Shown here piece by piece: positions 37,747 to 49,924 of a stretch of DNA of 64,000 bases. Each line of letters opens with the position of its first letter. The first letter of the stretch is position 1. The position numbers and the translations under genes are program-made. The notes under the pieces were generated by a model that saw nothing but the letters and a program-made list of their open reading frames with translations, made no database searches and had not been told where the DNA came from. This DNA comes from Chiloscyllium plagiosum (lineage: Eukaryota), in NCBI RefSeq assembly GCF_004010195.1, contig NC_057718.1, positions 103,881,954-103,945,953 of the forward strand, given 5' to 3'.

Positions 37747-38464
37747 CTGAGCAAGAGAGAGAGAGAAAAGATTACTGCACACAAATAAATCTTGGTATTC
37801 TGAAAAAAGAAGCATAAGGTGCACAATATCCCTGGCACCTGGCCAATTAATGTGAACATGACTGGTCTCTTCAGTGAACGTCTGTAGTTAGTGTCGTCAA
37901 CGAAGACAATGCTTTATCCAAGGATTCTTCAAACACCTTGCTAAATGCAGAAATCTGTGTGGTAGCAGAAATACATGCCCACTTGCTCCAAAATGACAAA
38001 GCAATTATTCAAAAGAGGTTTAAAAGTAAATTATTTCGATAAAGGCAAAGGGACAACAAGAGCTGGGTTTATTTACCTCGGACACAGAATGACTGATCCC
38101 TCTGCTGATTCTTCAATGTGAGCCAGTTCAGAATGCAGTGATACTGGAGAGTGGGATCCTGGCTCTCCTGCTGTCGTTAGACACAGACTGGGTCCATATA
38201 TGGACTGAACACAACACAAAGGCTGCAAGTGATCTCACTCAGTCCACAATAAATGTTCTGGGATGAATATAGTGGACAGAAAACGGAATTTGTTAAAAAG
38301 GTCAAAGACAATGGCTTTAGTCTCATTGATGTTTTTCTAACGCAATGAGCCTTTAAAACAACTCACAAACACAACTCTGTACTTTCACAGCCAGCTCCAG
38401 CCTCAGAGCTGATGGCTAAATGTTTCATTTTTAATGCTAGTCTTTTTTGTCAGCAGCCAGGAAA

Positions 38465-38750
38465 TCCCAACAGTGCAGGAAGAGGCCATTCAGCCCTTTC
38501 CTGACACTATGAGGAGCATCCCACCCCTGTTACCCTGCATTTCGCATTTTCCACCTGGCCTGCACATTATGGGGCAATTTAACTCGGCCAATCCACCCTA
38601 ACCTGCAAACCTTTGGACCGTGGGATGAAACCAGAGCAACCTCTCACAGACACAGGGAGCGTGTGCAAATTCCACATGGTCACCTGAGGCTGGAATCGAA
38701 CCTGGATTAGTGAGGCAGCAGTGCTAACCACTGAGCCACCGTGCCACCCA
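38465..38750 (-). mobile_element. HE1-type V-SINE, diverged
   Basis: gaggcagcagtgctaaccactgagccaccgtgccaccc. Confidence 0.88.
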
Positions 38751-38969
38751 AAAGCATTATTTAGGACCAATGATAATGACAAGTTGAGACTGTGAAGTGT
38801 TCCAGTGACACCCATGCCTCTACTGGAGCTAAATATTTCTTGAACGTGATGGATTGATAGATCAAGAGGGGAGAAGAAGCCTACTCTGAAACCAAAGGTC
38901 TATATTGACCTTATAAAGAATATATAGTCCATAAACAAAGGTAATTGATTTCAAATAATTGACGCAAGA

Positions 38970-39217
38970 CTGTATGACAGTGTGTATCTGCATGTGTGTG
39001 TATGTGTGTCTGCGTCTGAGTGTGTGTGTGGGAAACATTGTGGATGTGTCTGTCTGAGTGTGTGTATGTGTGACATTGTGTGTGTATGTGTGAGACAGTA
39101 TATATGTGTGTGTGACACAATATGTGTGTCTGTGAGTGTATGAGTGAGTCTGTCTGTATGTGAAAGTGTGTATGATAATGTGTATGTGTGTGAGAGAGAA
39201 TGTGTGTGTCTGCCTTA

Positions 39218-39276
<59 letters not shown>
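38970..39276. repeat. (TG)n-rich simple repeat
   Basis: Directly visible; pure (TG)n at ~39223-39276. Confidence 0.95.
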
Positions 39277-39277
<1 letters not shown>

Positions 39278-39479
39278 TAAATGGGAGCGTACTGAGGGGA
39301 GTGGGTGGAGGGAAAGTTTCCTCCTTTGTTAAAGTCAGGAACGTGCCGGGTGAGAGGATGATGGAATTAAATTTAATGGGAAGTTTTAAAAGTGAACGAA
39401 ACGTTGACTCAGCAAGGATTAATTTGCAAAGTTATTGGTGAAAAGCTGGGTCCATGGTCTAAACTGGATTAACCAATGA

Positions 39480-40555
39480 ATTAGAGACCATTCAGCCCAT
39501 CAGACCTGCTTCACCATTCAATAAGGTCATGTATGTGACCTCAATCCCACATTGTTACCGTCTTTCACTCCCTCGTTGATCACAAATCTGTGCTATTTCA
39601 GCCTTAAAAATACTCAGTGACCGCACTCACTGCTTTCTGGGGAGGATAGTTCCAAAGACTCTAAGAGAAACAATTCCTCCTTTTGCCCATCTGAAATGGA
39701 CTCCCTTTTTATAAACTGTGTCCCCTACTCCTAGTGACTGCTGTCTTGAGGGGCCAGCACAGGTCTGATGGACAGACTGGCCTCAGGCTATACAGTGAAA
39801 TAGAAAATGTTCAAAATCTGTGTGCAAGAATTGCAGTGCACAGTTAACCCATACCATCTCCATGACCCACAAGGACTGAGATAGGGAGAAATGTCTTCAC
39901 CCAGAGAGTGGGGAGCCTGTGGGATTCCCTACCACAGAGAGCAAAACCACTGTAGAATTTTAATGGGTTAGATATAGCACTAGGGGCTAAAGGCATCAAA
40001 GGATATGGGGGAAAAGCAGGGTCAGGTTATTGAGCTGGATGGTCAGCTGTGATCGTAACGAATGGGCAGGGGAGGCTCAAAGGGCTGGATGTTCTCGGGA
40101 ATGGAGGGTTTGAGTTATAAAGATAGACTGGATAGGCTGGGGCTGTTTTTCCCTGGAGCGTAGGAGTTGAGGGGTGACTTTATAGAGGTTTATAAAATCA
40201 TGAGGGGTGTAAAAGGGTCTTTTGCCTCAGGTGGGGGAGCTCAAAACTAGGGGGCACTTGTTAAGGTGAGAGGAGAAAGATTTAAAAAGGATGTAAGGGG
40301 AAACCTTTTTACACAGAGAGTGGTTCGTGTGTGGAATGACCTTCCTGAGGAAGTGGTGGATGGGGTATAGTTACAATGTTTATAAGACATTTGGATAAGT
40401 ACATGAATAGGAAATGGATATGAGCCAGGAGCAGGCAGGTGGGACTGGTTTAGTTTGGGAACATGGTTGGCATGGACTGATTGGACTGAAGGGTCAGTTT
40501 CCATGCTGGATGAGTCTGTGGCCTACTCCTGCTCCTGTATTCTACGCTTCTATGT
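39480..40555. mobile_element. Cluster of CR1 3' ends; a younger copy (40090-40515, plus) lies inside the tail of an older one
   Basis: Older tail ggaggctcaaagggctg (40085) resumes as tggcctactcctgctcc (40519). Confidence 0.8.
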
Positions 40556-40579
40556 GGCCTAATCATTAACAGCCAGTGC

Positions 40580-41000
40580 GCAGTACAGCAGAGGGTACCC
40601 ATGTTGTACAATGAGAGCAGGGCTCCATGCCCATGCTTCATTAAAGCTGACCTGGTGTTGGCTTAGAGGAGATGTTGGGCCTGCCTCCCCTCGTGTAGAG
40701 GGAGCCTGCCAGGTCTGAGCACCTCCTTGTGGGATTCCTCCAGAGTAAAGTGGCCATGACCCAGGTCCAGGCAGTGGGCTGTGGAGAAGGTTTGTGGTTC
40801 CTGACTGCCTGCCCCTCTTCTGTGGCTGGCTGCCTATTGACAGGACCCTCGCTCTGCTTCAATGTCCCCAGTGAGAGAGAGGTGTGCATCATCAGGACTG
40901 GGGGTGCATGATAGCCCCCTCCAATCTCATTGTAATCTATTCCCATCCCTCCCTTCCTACTCTCCCCTGTCTTTGCATGTTTGTCAGACAGGTGGTGCAA
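40580..41000 (+). mobile_element. Tx1/L1-clade LINE 3' end, decayed
   Basis: Across frameshifts RSEHLLVGFLQSKVA..RSRQWAVEKV.VPDCLPLFCG..GCMIAPSNLIVI, resembling recalled Tx1 ORF2 C-termini. Confidence 0.6.
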
Positions 41001-41182
41001 TAATTGTTGAAAATTGAAACTTTGGCACAGATTCAGTGAACCAAATTGGCAAAGGTACCCTGGAGAATGAGTTCACCGAGTGTATTTGAGGCAATTTCTT
41101 AATACAACCGATTATAAAACCTACCTAGGAACAGACTATTTTAGACCTGACAATGTGTAATGACATGATGAATATATCACCT

Positions 41183-42060
41183 GGATTGCACCCCTTCCCA
41201 CCCTACCTCCTGCAAAAATGCCATCCCGTATTCCCAATTCCTCCGCCTCCACTGTATCTGCTCCCAGGAGGACCAGTTCAACCACAGAACACACCCGATG
41301 GCCTCCTTCTTTAGAGACCGCAATTTCCCTTCCCACATGGTTGAAGATGCCCTCCAACGCTTCTCATCCACATCCTGCACCTCCGCCCTCAAACCCCACC
41401 CCTCAAACCATAACAAGGACAGAACTCCCGGTCCTCACCTTCCACCCTACCAACCTTCGCATAAACCACATCATCCGCCGACATTTCCGTCACCTCCAAA
41501 CAGATCCCACCACCAGGGATATATTTCCCACAGCACCCCTTTCCGCCTTCCGCAAAGACCGTTCCCTCCGTGACTACCTAGTTAGGTCCACGCCCCCCCA
41601 ACAACCCACCCTCCCGTCCTGGCACCTTCCCCTGCCACCACAGGAATTGCAAAACCTGTGCCCACACTCATCTTCCGCCTCGGAACACTTCAACCCCGGG
41701 GCATCAATGTGGATTTCACCAGTTTCCTCATTTCCCCTCCCCCCAGTTCCAAACTTCCAGCTCGGCACCATCCCCATGAGTTGTCCTACCTGCCTATCTT
41801 CCTTCCCACCTATCCACTCCACCCTCCTCTCTGACCTATCACCTCCATCACACCCCCATTCACCTATTGTACATTTTGCTGCCTTCTCCCCAGCCCCACC
41901 CCCATTTATCTCTCCACCCTGGAGGCTCACTGATGAAGGACTTTTGCCTGAAACGTCGATTTTCCTGCTCCTCGGAGGCTGCCTGACCTGCTGTGCTTTT
42001 CCAGCACCACTCTGATCTCTACTCTGGTTTCCAGCATCTGCAGTCCTCACTTTTTCTGAG
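41183..42060 (+). mobile_element. Penelope-like element with RT C-terminus, GIY-YIG internally deleted, 16-bp TSD
   Basis: KNAIPYSQFLRLHCICS, VLTFHPTNLRINHII, AFRKDRSLRDYLVRS; TSD gatgaatatatcacct at 41167-41182 and 42061-42076. Confidence 0.92.
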
Positions 42061-42173
42061 GATGAATATATCACCTCATCATAAACGATCATTTTGGCAA
42101 GAATGAGCAATCTGTGATAGAATTTCCCGTTGTTGTTTGAAAGTGCTTGAATCTAATATCATAAACTTAAATA

Positions 42174-42906
42174 AAGGTTGTGGGTGTTGGTTAACTGAGA
42201 CAACTACAAGGTTGTGGGTGTTGGTTAACTGAAATAGCTACAAGGCTGTGAATGTTGGTTAACTGAGACAACTACAGGGTTGTGGGTGTTGGTTGACTAA
42301 GACAGCTACAAGGCTGTGGGTGTTGGTTAACTGAGACAGCTACAAGGCTATGGGTGTTGGTTAACTGAGACAACTACAGGGTTGTGGGTGTTGGTTAACT
42401 GAGACAGCTACAAGGCAGTGAGTGTTGGTTAACTGAGATAGCTACAAGGCTGGGAATGTTGGTTAACTGAGACAGCTGGCACGGGTGGCACGGTGGCACA
42501 GTGGTTAGCACTGCTGCCTCACAGCGCCAGAGACCCGGGTTCAATTCCCGACTCAGGCGACTGACTATGTGGACGTTCTCCCCGTGTCTGCGTGGGTTTC
42601 CTCCGGGTGCTCCGGTTTCCTCCCACAGTCCAAAGATGTGCAGAGTCAGGTGAATTGGCCACACTAAATTGCCCATAGTGTTAGGTTAAAGGGGTAAATG
42701 TAGGGGTAGGGGTATGGGTGGGTTGCGCTTCGGCGGGTCAGTGTGGACTTGTTGGGCCGAAGGGCCTGTTTCCACCCTGTAAGTAATCTAATCTAATCTA
42801 GCTACAAGGCTGGGAATGTTGGTTAACTGAGATAGCTACAAGGCTGGGAATGTTGGTTAACTGAGACAGCTACAAGACTGTGGGTGCTGTTGAACTGAGA
42901 CAGCTG
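42174..42906. repeat. 34-bp minisatellite (~9 + 3 units) split by an HE1 SINE
   Basis: Unit ggttgtgggtgttggttaactgagacaactacaa at 42176, 42210, and onward. Confidence 0.95.
42483..42799 (+). mobile_element. HE1-type V-SINE, young full-length copy
   Basis: Intact A/B boxes, many CpGs retained, (AATCT)n tail. Confidence 0.95.
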
Positions 42907-43095
42907 GTTTGCAATGTTGAATGATACCATCAGTATGTGTTCAAATCTTGCATTGGCAGAGATAACCATGAAGGGGTTACCATGAGGTTAACTTCTCAAC
43001 CTCTCCCCCTCAACAGAGACATAGTGACCCTTAGGTTAAAGCACCACCAGTTGTCTCTCTGTAATGATTTGGTGAGACTTGGTGACTTTACCTTC
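42895..43095 (+). mobile_element. SINE-C (unnamed tRNA-headed SINE; copies at 14480-14581 and 49392-49555)
   Basis: Shared ggttaccatga..cttctcaacctctcccc..gtgaccct.aggttaaa.caccaccagt. Confidence 0.75.
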
Positions 43096-43419
43096 ACAAG
43101 GCTATGAAGATATTTAGTTAATGTAGAATGGGAAATAGGTTAAAAGACCAGATTGTGATGTATCCAGTTTCCATATTAATAATGGTAAAGGCTGTTACTC
43201 TCACTGTCAGCCCACTTTTAATTAACCTATTTAGGTTACTACACATCTCCAGGGTAGGTGGACCTAGAATATGGACTTTCTGCATCAGAGATAGGGACAC
43301 TACCCTTCCTTAGCCACAGGCCTGAGTCCATCTTGGAACTCCTCTTTGGTACACAGCACAAGGTTTCTTCAAGGTGTGCTTCCCTTTTATCTCTGCTGGT
43401 TTCTGCCTTCTGTATCGCA

Positions 43420-43907
43420 AGGAGGTTGTGAAACTTGAAGGATGTTGCCAGGTTTGGAGGGTTTGAGCTAGAGGGAGAGGCTGAATAGGCTAGGGCTATT
43501 TTTCCTGGAGGCCGAGGGGTGACCTTATAGAGGTTTATAAAATCATGAGGGGCATGGAAAGGATAAATAGACAAAGTCTTTTCCCTGGCTGGGGGAGTCC
43601 AGAAGTAAACGGCTTAGGTTTAGGGTGAGAGGGGAAAGATTTAAAAGGGACCTAAGGGGCAACTTTTTCACACAGAGGGTGGTACATGTATGGAATGTAT
43701 ACATGTATGGTGGTACAGAGGAAGTGGTGGAGGCTGGTACAATTGTAACATTTAAAAGGCATCTGGATGGGTATATGAATAGGAAGGGTCTGGAGGGATA
43801 TGGGCCAAATGCTGGCAAGTGGGACTAGATTAGATTGGGATATCTGGTTGGCGTGGATGGGTTGGACTGAAGGGCATGTTTCCTTGCTGTACATCTCCAC
43901 GACTCTG
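43420..43907 (+). mobile_element. CR1 LINE 3' end
   Basis: ORF 43625..43828. Confidence 0.92.
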
Positions 43908-45404
43908 TGGTGCATTTTGCCTTCCTCAAGCCTCCTTCACTCACTCCCCGGTTAGTGAAAACCTGTGTTGGTAGAGTCTACACAAGGTCAGTTGTGGCAG
44001 TACGGCTGCGGTAGAGAATATCAGAGAAAATGATTCCTCCCTTCTGGCTCACTGTCCAAAGTATTCCATGACTGGATAGATCCATCCCATCACAAACTTG
44101 GATTCTACACTTTCAGTCAGGTTCAACTGCAAAGTGCAGAAGAGTTTGATTCCCAAGCATTGGAATTATCTTGGAATATCAACTTGTGCGAAAACGAATG
44201 CAAGAATTCCAAGGTCAACCTGTACTATCCAATCACATCTACTTGTTGAACGACAATAGAACGATCCTCATATTCTGAATGTTGAGAATTCTCTGTAGTT
44301 TGTCAATCTGTCCATTTTTCCAGGTCACTTCATTATCATTTCATGTTGATACTTTTAAAATTACGTTTATGACATTATCCAAAGAGGGAAAGCATGTCAA
44401 GTCACATCTACCGAGTAGAAATCTCCTGCATAATTTGCTTGAGAAGTATCCTGTCCAAATTAAGAGACTTAAGAATGGAAAATGAGTAATGTTGCAAGCA
44501 GCCTGAAGGCATCTTAGGCACAACTTGGCTGAGAAATAGACATGGCAGGTGTGGTTGAAATTCCACATCACAAGGTTTTTAATGACTTATTTCAATCGTT
44601 TTCTCAGCCAAGAAGCAGCTGAGAACTTCAGCTGAAACTTGCACCGAATTGGGATGCCTATACTGTGAGAAACTGCAAAGTCTTAAAGTTCACCCCTTGA
44701 AATCCCTGTAAAACCCATTGCAGAATTGTCTTTGTTCCAAGCTCTTTTAATGGTGCTAATTGGGATGCTTGTAATGAGGCTATTTCTGGTCCAGTGTTTC
44801 CCCATTAAGTGCAATCAATGACCCAAGGACTAACGCGAACTCAGTTTTTCTTTCCTTCCAGTTTCCTGCTCAAAGTCATTGGCCTGTCCCCAAACATAAA
44901 GTCTGGATTGAACCAACGCCATTGTCAGGGCTTTGAGTTGTTATTTATTTTTAAAACATTTTCCTTTTAAAAACAAATCCTTCATATATTTTAGAGTGGT
45001 TTTGGGAGCTGTGTGGCAAATACAGCTGAGAAAGGTTTGTTATAAAATGTTAGCGTAGTTTATTTTAAACAGTTTCTCGCCAAAACCTGAAAATAACCCG
45101 ATTCTAAATGCAGTAGTGAAACTGGCTTTGAAAATCTAGACTCAAAATATTTTGGTAAAAAATAGTCAGTCTCTTCATGTGTTAGGAGAGAAAAACGACT
45201 TAGAGTTTTTAAAAGTGTACCTAAAACTCCTATAGTTCAGGACCTTTCCTGAGGAAGCAAATAAAACAAATTAGCACAAAATCCCAATGGCTGATCAATT
45301 TCATCTGCGATGTGATTATTTTTGTTGGCAGGATAAGGATGATACTTTTATTAAACAACTCAAAAAATGGCTGAGACTCAGTTTGCAATGACAATCTTTT
45401 TCAT

Positions 45405-45560
45405 GTGCAGGTCAGGTGACTTGGCCATGCTAAATTGTCCATAATGATAGGTGCACTAGTCAGAGGGAAATGGGTCTGGGGGTGGGTTACTCTTTAGAGG
45501 GTCGGTGTGGACATTTGGGCCAAAGGGCCTGTTTCCACACTGTAGGGCATCTAATCTGAT
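45405..45560 (+). mobile_element. HE1-type SINE 3' half
   Basis: gtgcaggtcaggtgacttggccatgctaaattg...gcctgtttccacactgtag. Confidence 0.85.
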
Positions 45561-45799
45561 CTCATTTCCTCCTTGCCAAGGGATCTTCTGTCACAGTAAA
45601 TCACACTCACCTATCCTATACCGGTCTCTAGCACTTGCCATAGCTCGTCAGGAGCTGCTGTGGGTCAGCTGCTCTTTGCCCTTTCAGGGAGATCTCTATG
45701 GATTTTGCCTCTAATCAAATGACCAAAATACTGACACACTCTTTCCTGGAAGTCACTTTTTAGAGATTTTCTTTTATCTTTGCATTGCACTAAATGTAA

Positions 45800-46143
45800 T
45801 TTTTTTTTTCTATTCATTCATGGGATGTGGCTGTCTCTGGCTAGACCAGCATTTATTGCCCCATCCCTATTAAGAGTCAAGCACATTGCTGTGGGTCTGG
45901 AGTCACATGAAGACCAGACCAGGTAAGCTGGCAGTTTCCTTCCCTAAAGGGATTTAGTGAACTACTTGGGTTTTTCCTGACAATTGATTCATGGTCATCA
46001 TTAGACTTTTAATTCCATATTTTTAAAATTGAATTCAAATTCCACAATCTGCCATACTGAGATTCAAACCCAGGTCCCCAGAACATGTCCTGGGTCTCTG
46101 GATCAACAGCCCAGTGATAATACCATGAGGCCATTGCCTCCCC
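45800..46143 (-). mobile_element. SINE-B, full length
   Basis: Reverse complement: A box tggcctcatggt, B box gggtttgaatctc, body matching the LINE-B leader, tail gggatggggcaataaatgctgg..cccatgaatgaat followed by an A run. Confidence 0.88.
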
Positions 46144-46830
46144 TTATAATTTGGGTTAAAATGCCTCGCTCTTCCAAGTTGGTCTCTCTGACTGTGTGAG
46201 AATGTCAACCGGCTGAAGTGAACCTCGTGGCCAGATCCTCATGAATAGCGACCAGCAGAACTACTTGATGGTGTGATGTGTTGGAGGAGAGGGGAGTGCC
46301 GGAATTTAACCCAACTGACTCAGGCCAATTGAGTATGGCCTACAGATGGTTGAGGGAGCAGCAAGCCAGATCCAATGGGAAGCCGGGAGAATGGCGTGGT
46401 GCAGCAGTGCAAGTTATGTTAGGATCACAACAAAATTCAATATTTCTCCTTTCAGGGCCCCCTTAACTCTATATTAGAGGAAAGCTTATTGAAAATGAAA
46501 TGCTTGGACCTGAACATCATCATTAATGACTTGGTAATGATTAGGTACAAACTGTCTGGAATACCCTGTCAAAGAACAATAAATACAAGCGAGGATGTTG
46601 GATTGTAAGTGCTCCAATATCTTTACTCCCATTAGGGGCACTGTATGGTATAAAATCAAAGGAGCAGATGCCAACCATTCAGCCTCTTGGGCTTGGTCCT
46701 GACTTGATAAGGACATCGCTGATCTGACTGTAACTTCAAATCCATATTGCTGTCTACCTCAACGAATAATGTGGAGTTGAGGATTATCAGATCCACCATG
46801 ATATCATTGAATGGCATAGCTTGCTGGGCT

Positions 46831-46963
46831 CGCGAGTGTGGTGCTGGAAAAGCACAGCAGGTCAGGCAGCATCCGAGGAACAGGAAAAATTGATGTTTCG
46901 GGCCAGAGCCTTTCATCGGCTCTCAACTCTGATGTCCGGCATCTACAAACTTCACTGTGTCCA
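46831..46963 (-). mobile_element. PLE terminal insert within a CR1 tail
   Basis: Flanked by agcttgctgggct (46818-46830) and agcttgatgggct (46964-46976). Confidence 0.8.
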
Positions 46964-47137
46964 AGCTTGATGGGCTGAATGGCCTACTCCTGCTCCTAAG
47001 ACTTTTAAGTATCTCTGTCCTCACAATATTCAAGGACTTTGTTTCCTTCTAAATGGTGGTCTGCAGGGTAAGGAGGGGCTGCCTGGCATCCTGTGAGCAG
47101 GAAGCTGCTGCACTATTCAATCCTGCTACAGTAAGGC

Positions 47138-47173
47138 AGTCCTGAAGAAGGGTTACACCCCGAAACATTGACT
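47138..47173 (+). ncRNA. Minimal hammerhead ribozyme motif (PLE-borne)
   Basis: agtc-CTGAAGA-a-ggg ttacac ccc-GAAA-caTT-gact; stem I agtc/gact pairs. Confidence 0.6.
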
Positions 47174-47994
47174 TCTCCACCTCCTGAAGCTGTCTAGCTC
47201 ACTGTGTTCTCCCAGCCTCCTGCTTGTCTGCGATGAGATAGTGTGTTCCTCTGATGATTCAGCAGTCACTAGTAGAAGGAAAGGTGCATTCTGATATGAA
47301 GCATCAGTTATTGAACATGAATTCTGCAATATGTAACCTCAGGTCATGTGGAATCTTAGAACAATATGTAACACAGAAGAAGGCAATTTGGTCCATGGTG
47401 GCTGGGTTCCTCTTTGGGTCATTGGAAAGCTCTACAATCTCCTGTTCATTCCGCATAGCCTTTCTGTCTCCTGCAATATTTCCCTGATTTCCTTTTGAAA
47501 GTTCCTGTTTCCACTGCTCCTTCAGGTTGTCCTTTCCACGTTACATGTTGCTGCCTAAAATGTGTTTTCTCATTTTGCATCTGCTTCTTATCAATCACCT
47601 TCAACCAGTGTCCTCCAGTTCCCAGCCTTTCTGCTATTGGAGACAGTTTGCTGTATATACTGTAAACGTACTTCACTAGTTTAACTGATAGTTTGCTAAG
47701 GCTCGGGGACACCTAATACAGTCAAAGAAATGTTCTTATGTCTATTTAAGGCTGTGGTAAGGTTCTTGATCAGACGGGGAATCAAGGGTTATGGGGAAAG
47801 AGCAGGAAAGTGGAATATTGGATTAGCCATGAACCTGTTAAATGGTGGAGCAGGTTCAAGGAGCCGAATGGCCTACTCCAGTTCCTGTTTCTTAAGGTCT
47901 TATATTTGTAAACAATGACTGGAAATGATTTAGATTGCAAACTTTATCGCATCTCAAATAATCTGTAATTCTTTTGCTATTGAGTGAAGTTATG

Positions 47995-48450
47995 CAAGGA
48001 ATGGAGGATTAGAGCTATAGGGAGAGGTTGAATAGGCTGAGGCTGTTTTCCCTGGAGCGTTGGAGGCTGAGGGGTGACCGTATAGAGGTTTATAAAATCA
48101 TGAGGGGCATAGAGAGGGTAAATAGACAAGGTCTCTTCCCTAGTGTGGGCGAGTCCAGAACTAAAGGGCATAGGTTGAGGATGAGAGGGGAAAGATATAA
48201 AAGAGACCTAAGGGGCAACGTTTTCACGCAGAGGGTGGTACGTGTATGGAATGAGCTGCCAGAGGAAGTGGTGGAGGCTGGTACAGTTACAGCATTTAAA
48301 AGGCATCTGGATGGGTATATGAATAGGAAGGGTTTAGAGGGATATGGGCCAAGTGCTGGCAAATGGGACTAGATTGGTTTAGGATAGCTGGTCAGCATGG
48401 ACAACTTGGACCGAAGGGTCTGTTTCCATGCTGGACATCTCTATGACTCT
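47995..48450 (+). mobile_element. CR1 LINE 3' end, young
   Basis: Open 114-aa ORF 48028..48372. Confidence 0.95.
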
Positions 48451-49179
48451 TTGTATATGGGCCAAGGGTGGGCAGAAGGGATCAGCCAGCTCCTGTGCTA
48501 TGCTGTTCTGTGTTCTATGTTCTATGTTCTATGTATTTATCTGTTGTCCAAAAATGTGCATTGGCAGGAATATTTGCTGAGCAAAAGCTTACAAAGAATG
48601 GTAGAGCATCCCTTCAGGAAGGTCAGTGATATCAGTTTGCTGGGATGGAGAGGATAGTTTGGAAGAATGCACTGGATGTAAATAATTGAGTTGAATCCAC
48701 AAACTTGGAACATAATTTTACAGTTCCCCACCTCACCAAAACTCTCCTCTTTCTAATAACCTTTATTCTGACTGTGTAGTTTTGATATCTTTTCAATTGG
48801 TGCAGTACTAGGGCTGGCAACTCTGACATCTTTCGAGTCAAAGCAGTCTGCTAAAGATAATCCTGACTTCACCTGGCAGGACTGCAGTGTGGAACACATA
48901 ATGAAAGGATATAGCATATCGCCTCACAATTAAAATCAGTGGTAGAGGCCATTTTACAATCAAATAATGGAAAATAGCATTTCAAAAAGTTTTCATCTCA
49001 ATTTTAATTATGATTTGTATTTGAAGGAAGCATGATTGATACATTGTAGCTCTCAGGATGATTTCAGAATGTGACTGATTGTTATAAATCTGATCATTTG
49101 AATTTACTTGGGATGAAAGATGACTATTTGGGATAGTCGAGGCATTGAGGACACGAGGAATGAAGGTGATGTTGGAGCA

Positions 49180-49815
49180 TTACATATCTGGAGTCACATT
49201 AAGTCACAGCTGGAGTATTGTATGCGTTCACCACGCTATAGAAAGGATGTGATTGCAATAGAGAGGGTGCGCAGGAGATTCACTGGGATGTTGGATGGAA
49301 TGATTCAGCAACGGAGAGGGGCTATCTCGCTGACGTTGTTTTTCTTAAAGCAGAGAAGGCCTAGGGTGATCTGATTGAGGTGTGCAAAGTTGGAACATGG
49401 GTTCCATTCCCACACCAGCTGAGGTTACCATAAAGGACTCTCCTTCTCAACCTCTCCCCTCGCCTGACACACGGTGACCCTCAGGTTAAACCACCACCAG
49501 TCATCTCTCTCTCTCTCTCGCCAATGAGAGAGCAGCCCTATAGTCCTGTGGGTCTGTGTATAAATTTCTGAGAGGAGTTAATAAAGCAAAACATTTAGCC
49601 TTAGTTCAGGGGTCAATAAACAGGTGGTACAGTTCTAAGATAAAGAGCAGGAGAATTGAAAGGGATTTTGAGAAAACCCTGATTCACCTGAAGGTAGTGG
49701 TTGGCTGGAGCTCACTGCCTAAAGGGTGATGGAGTCAGGAGCCCTCAAGACATTTGATGAGCACATGAAATGCCATACAAGGCAATAAGCCACATGCTGG
49801 GAAATGCGATTAGAA
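49180..49815 (+). mobile_element. Old CR1 3' region interrupted by SINE-C (49392-49555)
   Basis: QLEYCMRSPRYRKDVIAIERVRRRFT. Confidence 0.8.
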
Positions 49816-49924
49816 TACACGGATTTTGCTTTAACAGCTCTCTGATTGTATGAGTTAGAAAAGAATCCTGGGTTCTTTTTGAAGGCTGAGTAAAGCATTT
49901 TTGGGAGCTATATTTCTTCAGAAG

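Noticed and set aside
41218..42015. 265-aa Pro/Ser-rich ORF
   Set aside because: Frame-switching read through a decayed PLE
42483..42560. tRNA gene
   Set aside because: tRNA-derived SINE head that continues into the V domain; the same applies to the other A/B-box hits
42174..42906. CRISPR-like array of ~34-bp repeats
   Set aside because: Units are head-to-tail with no unique spacers, in a eukaryotic context
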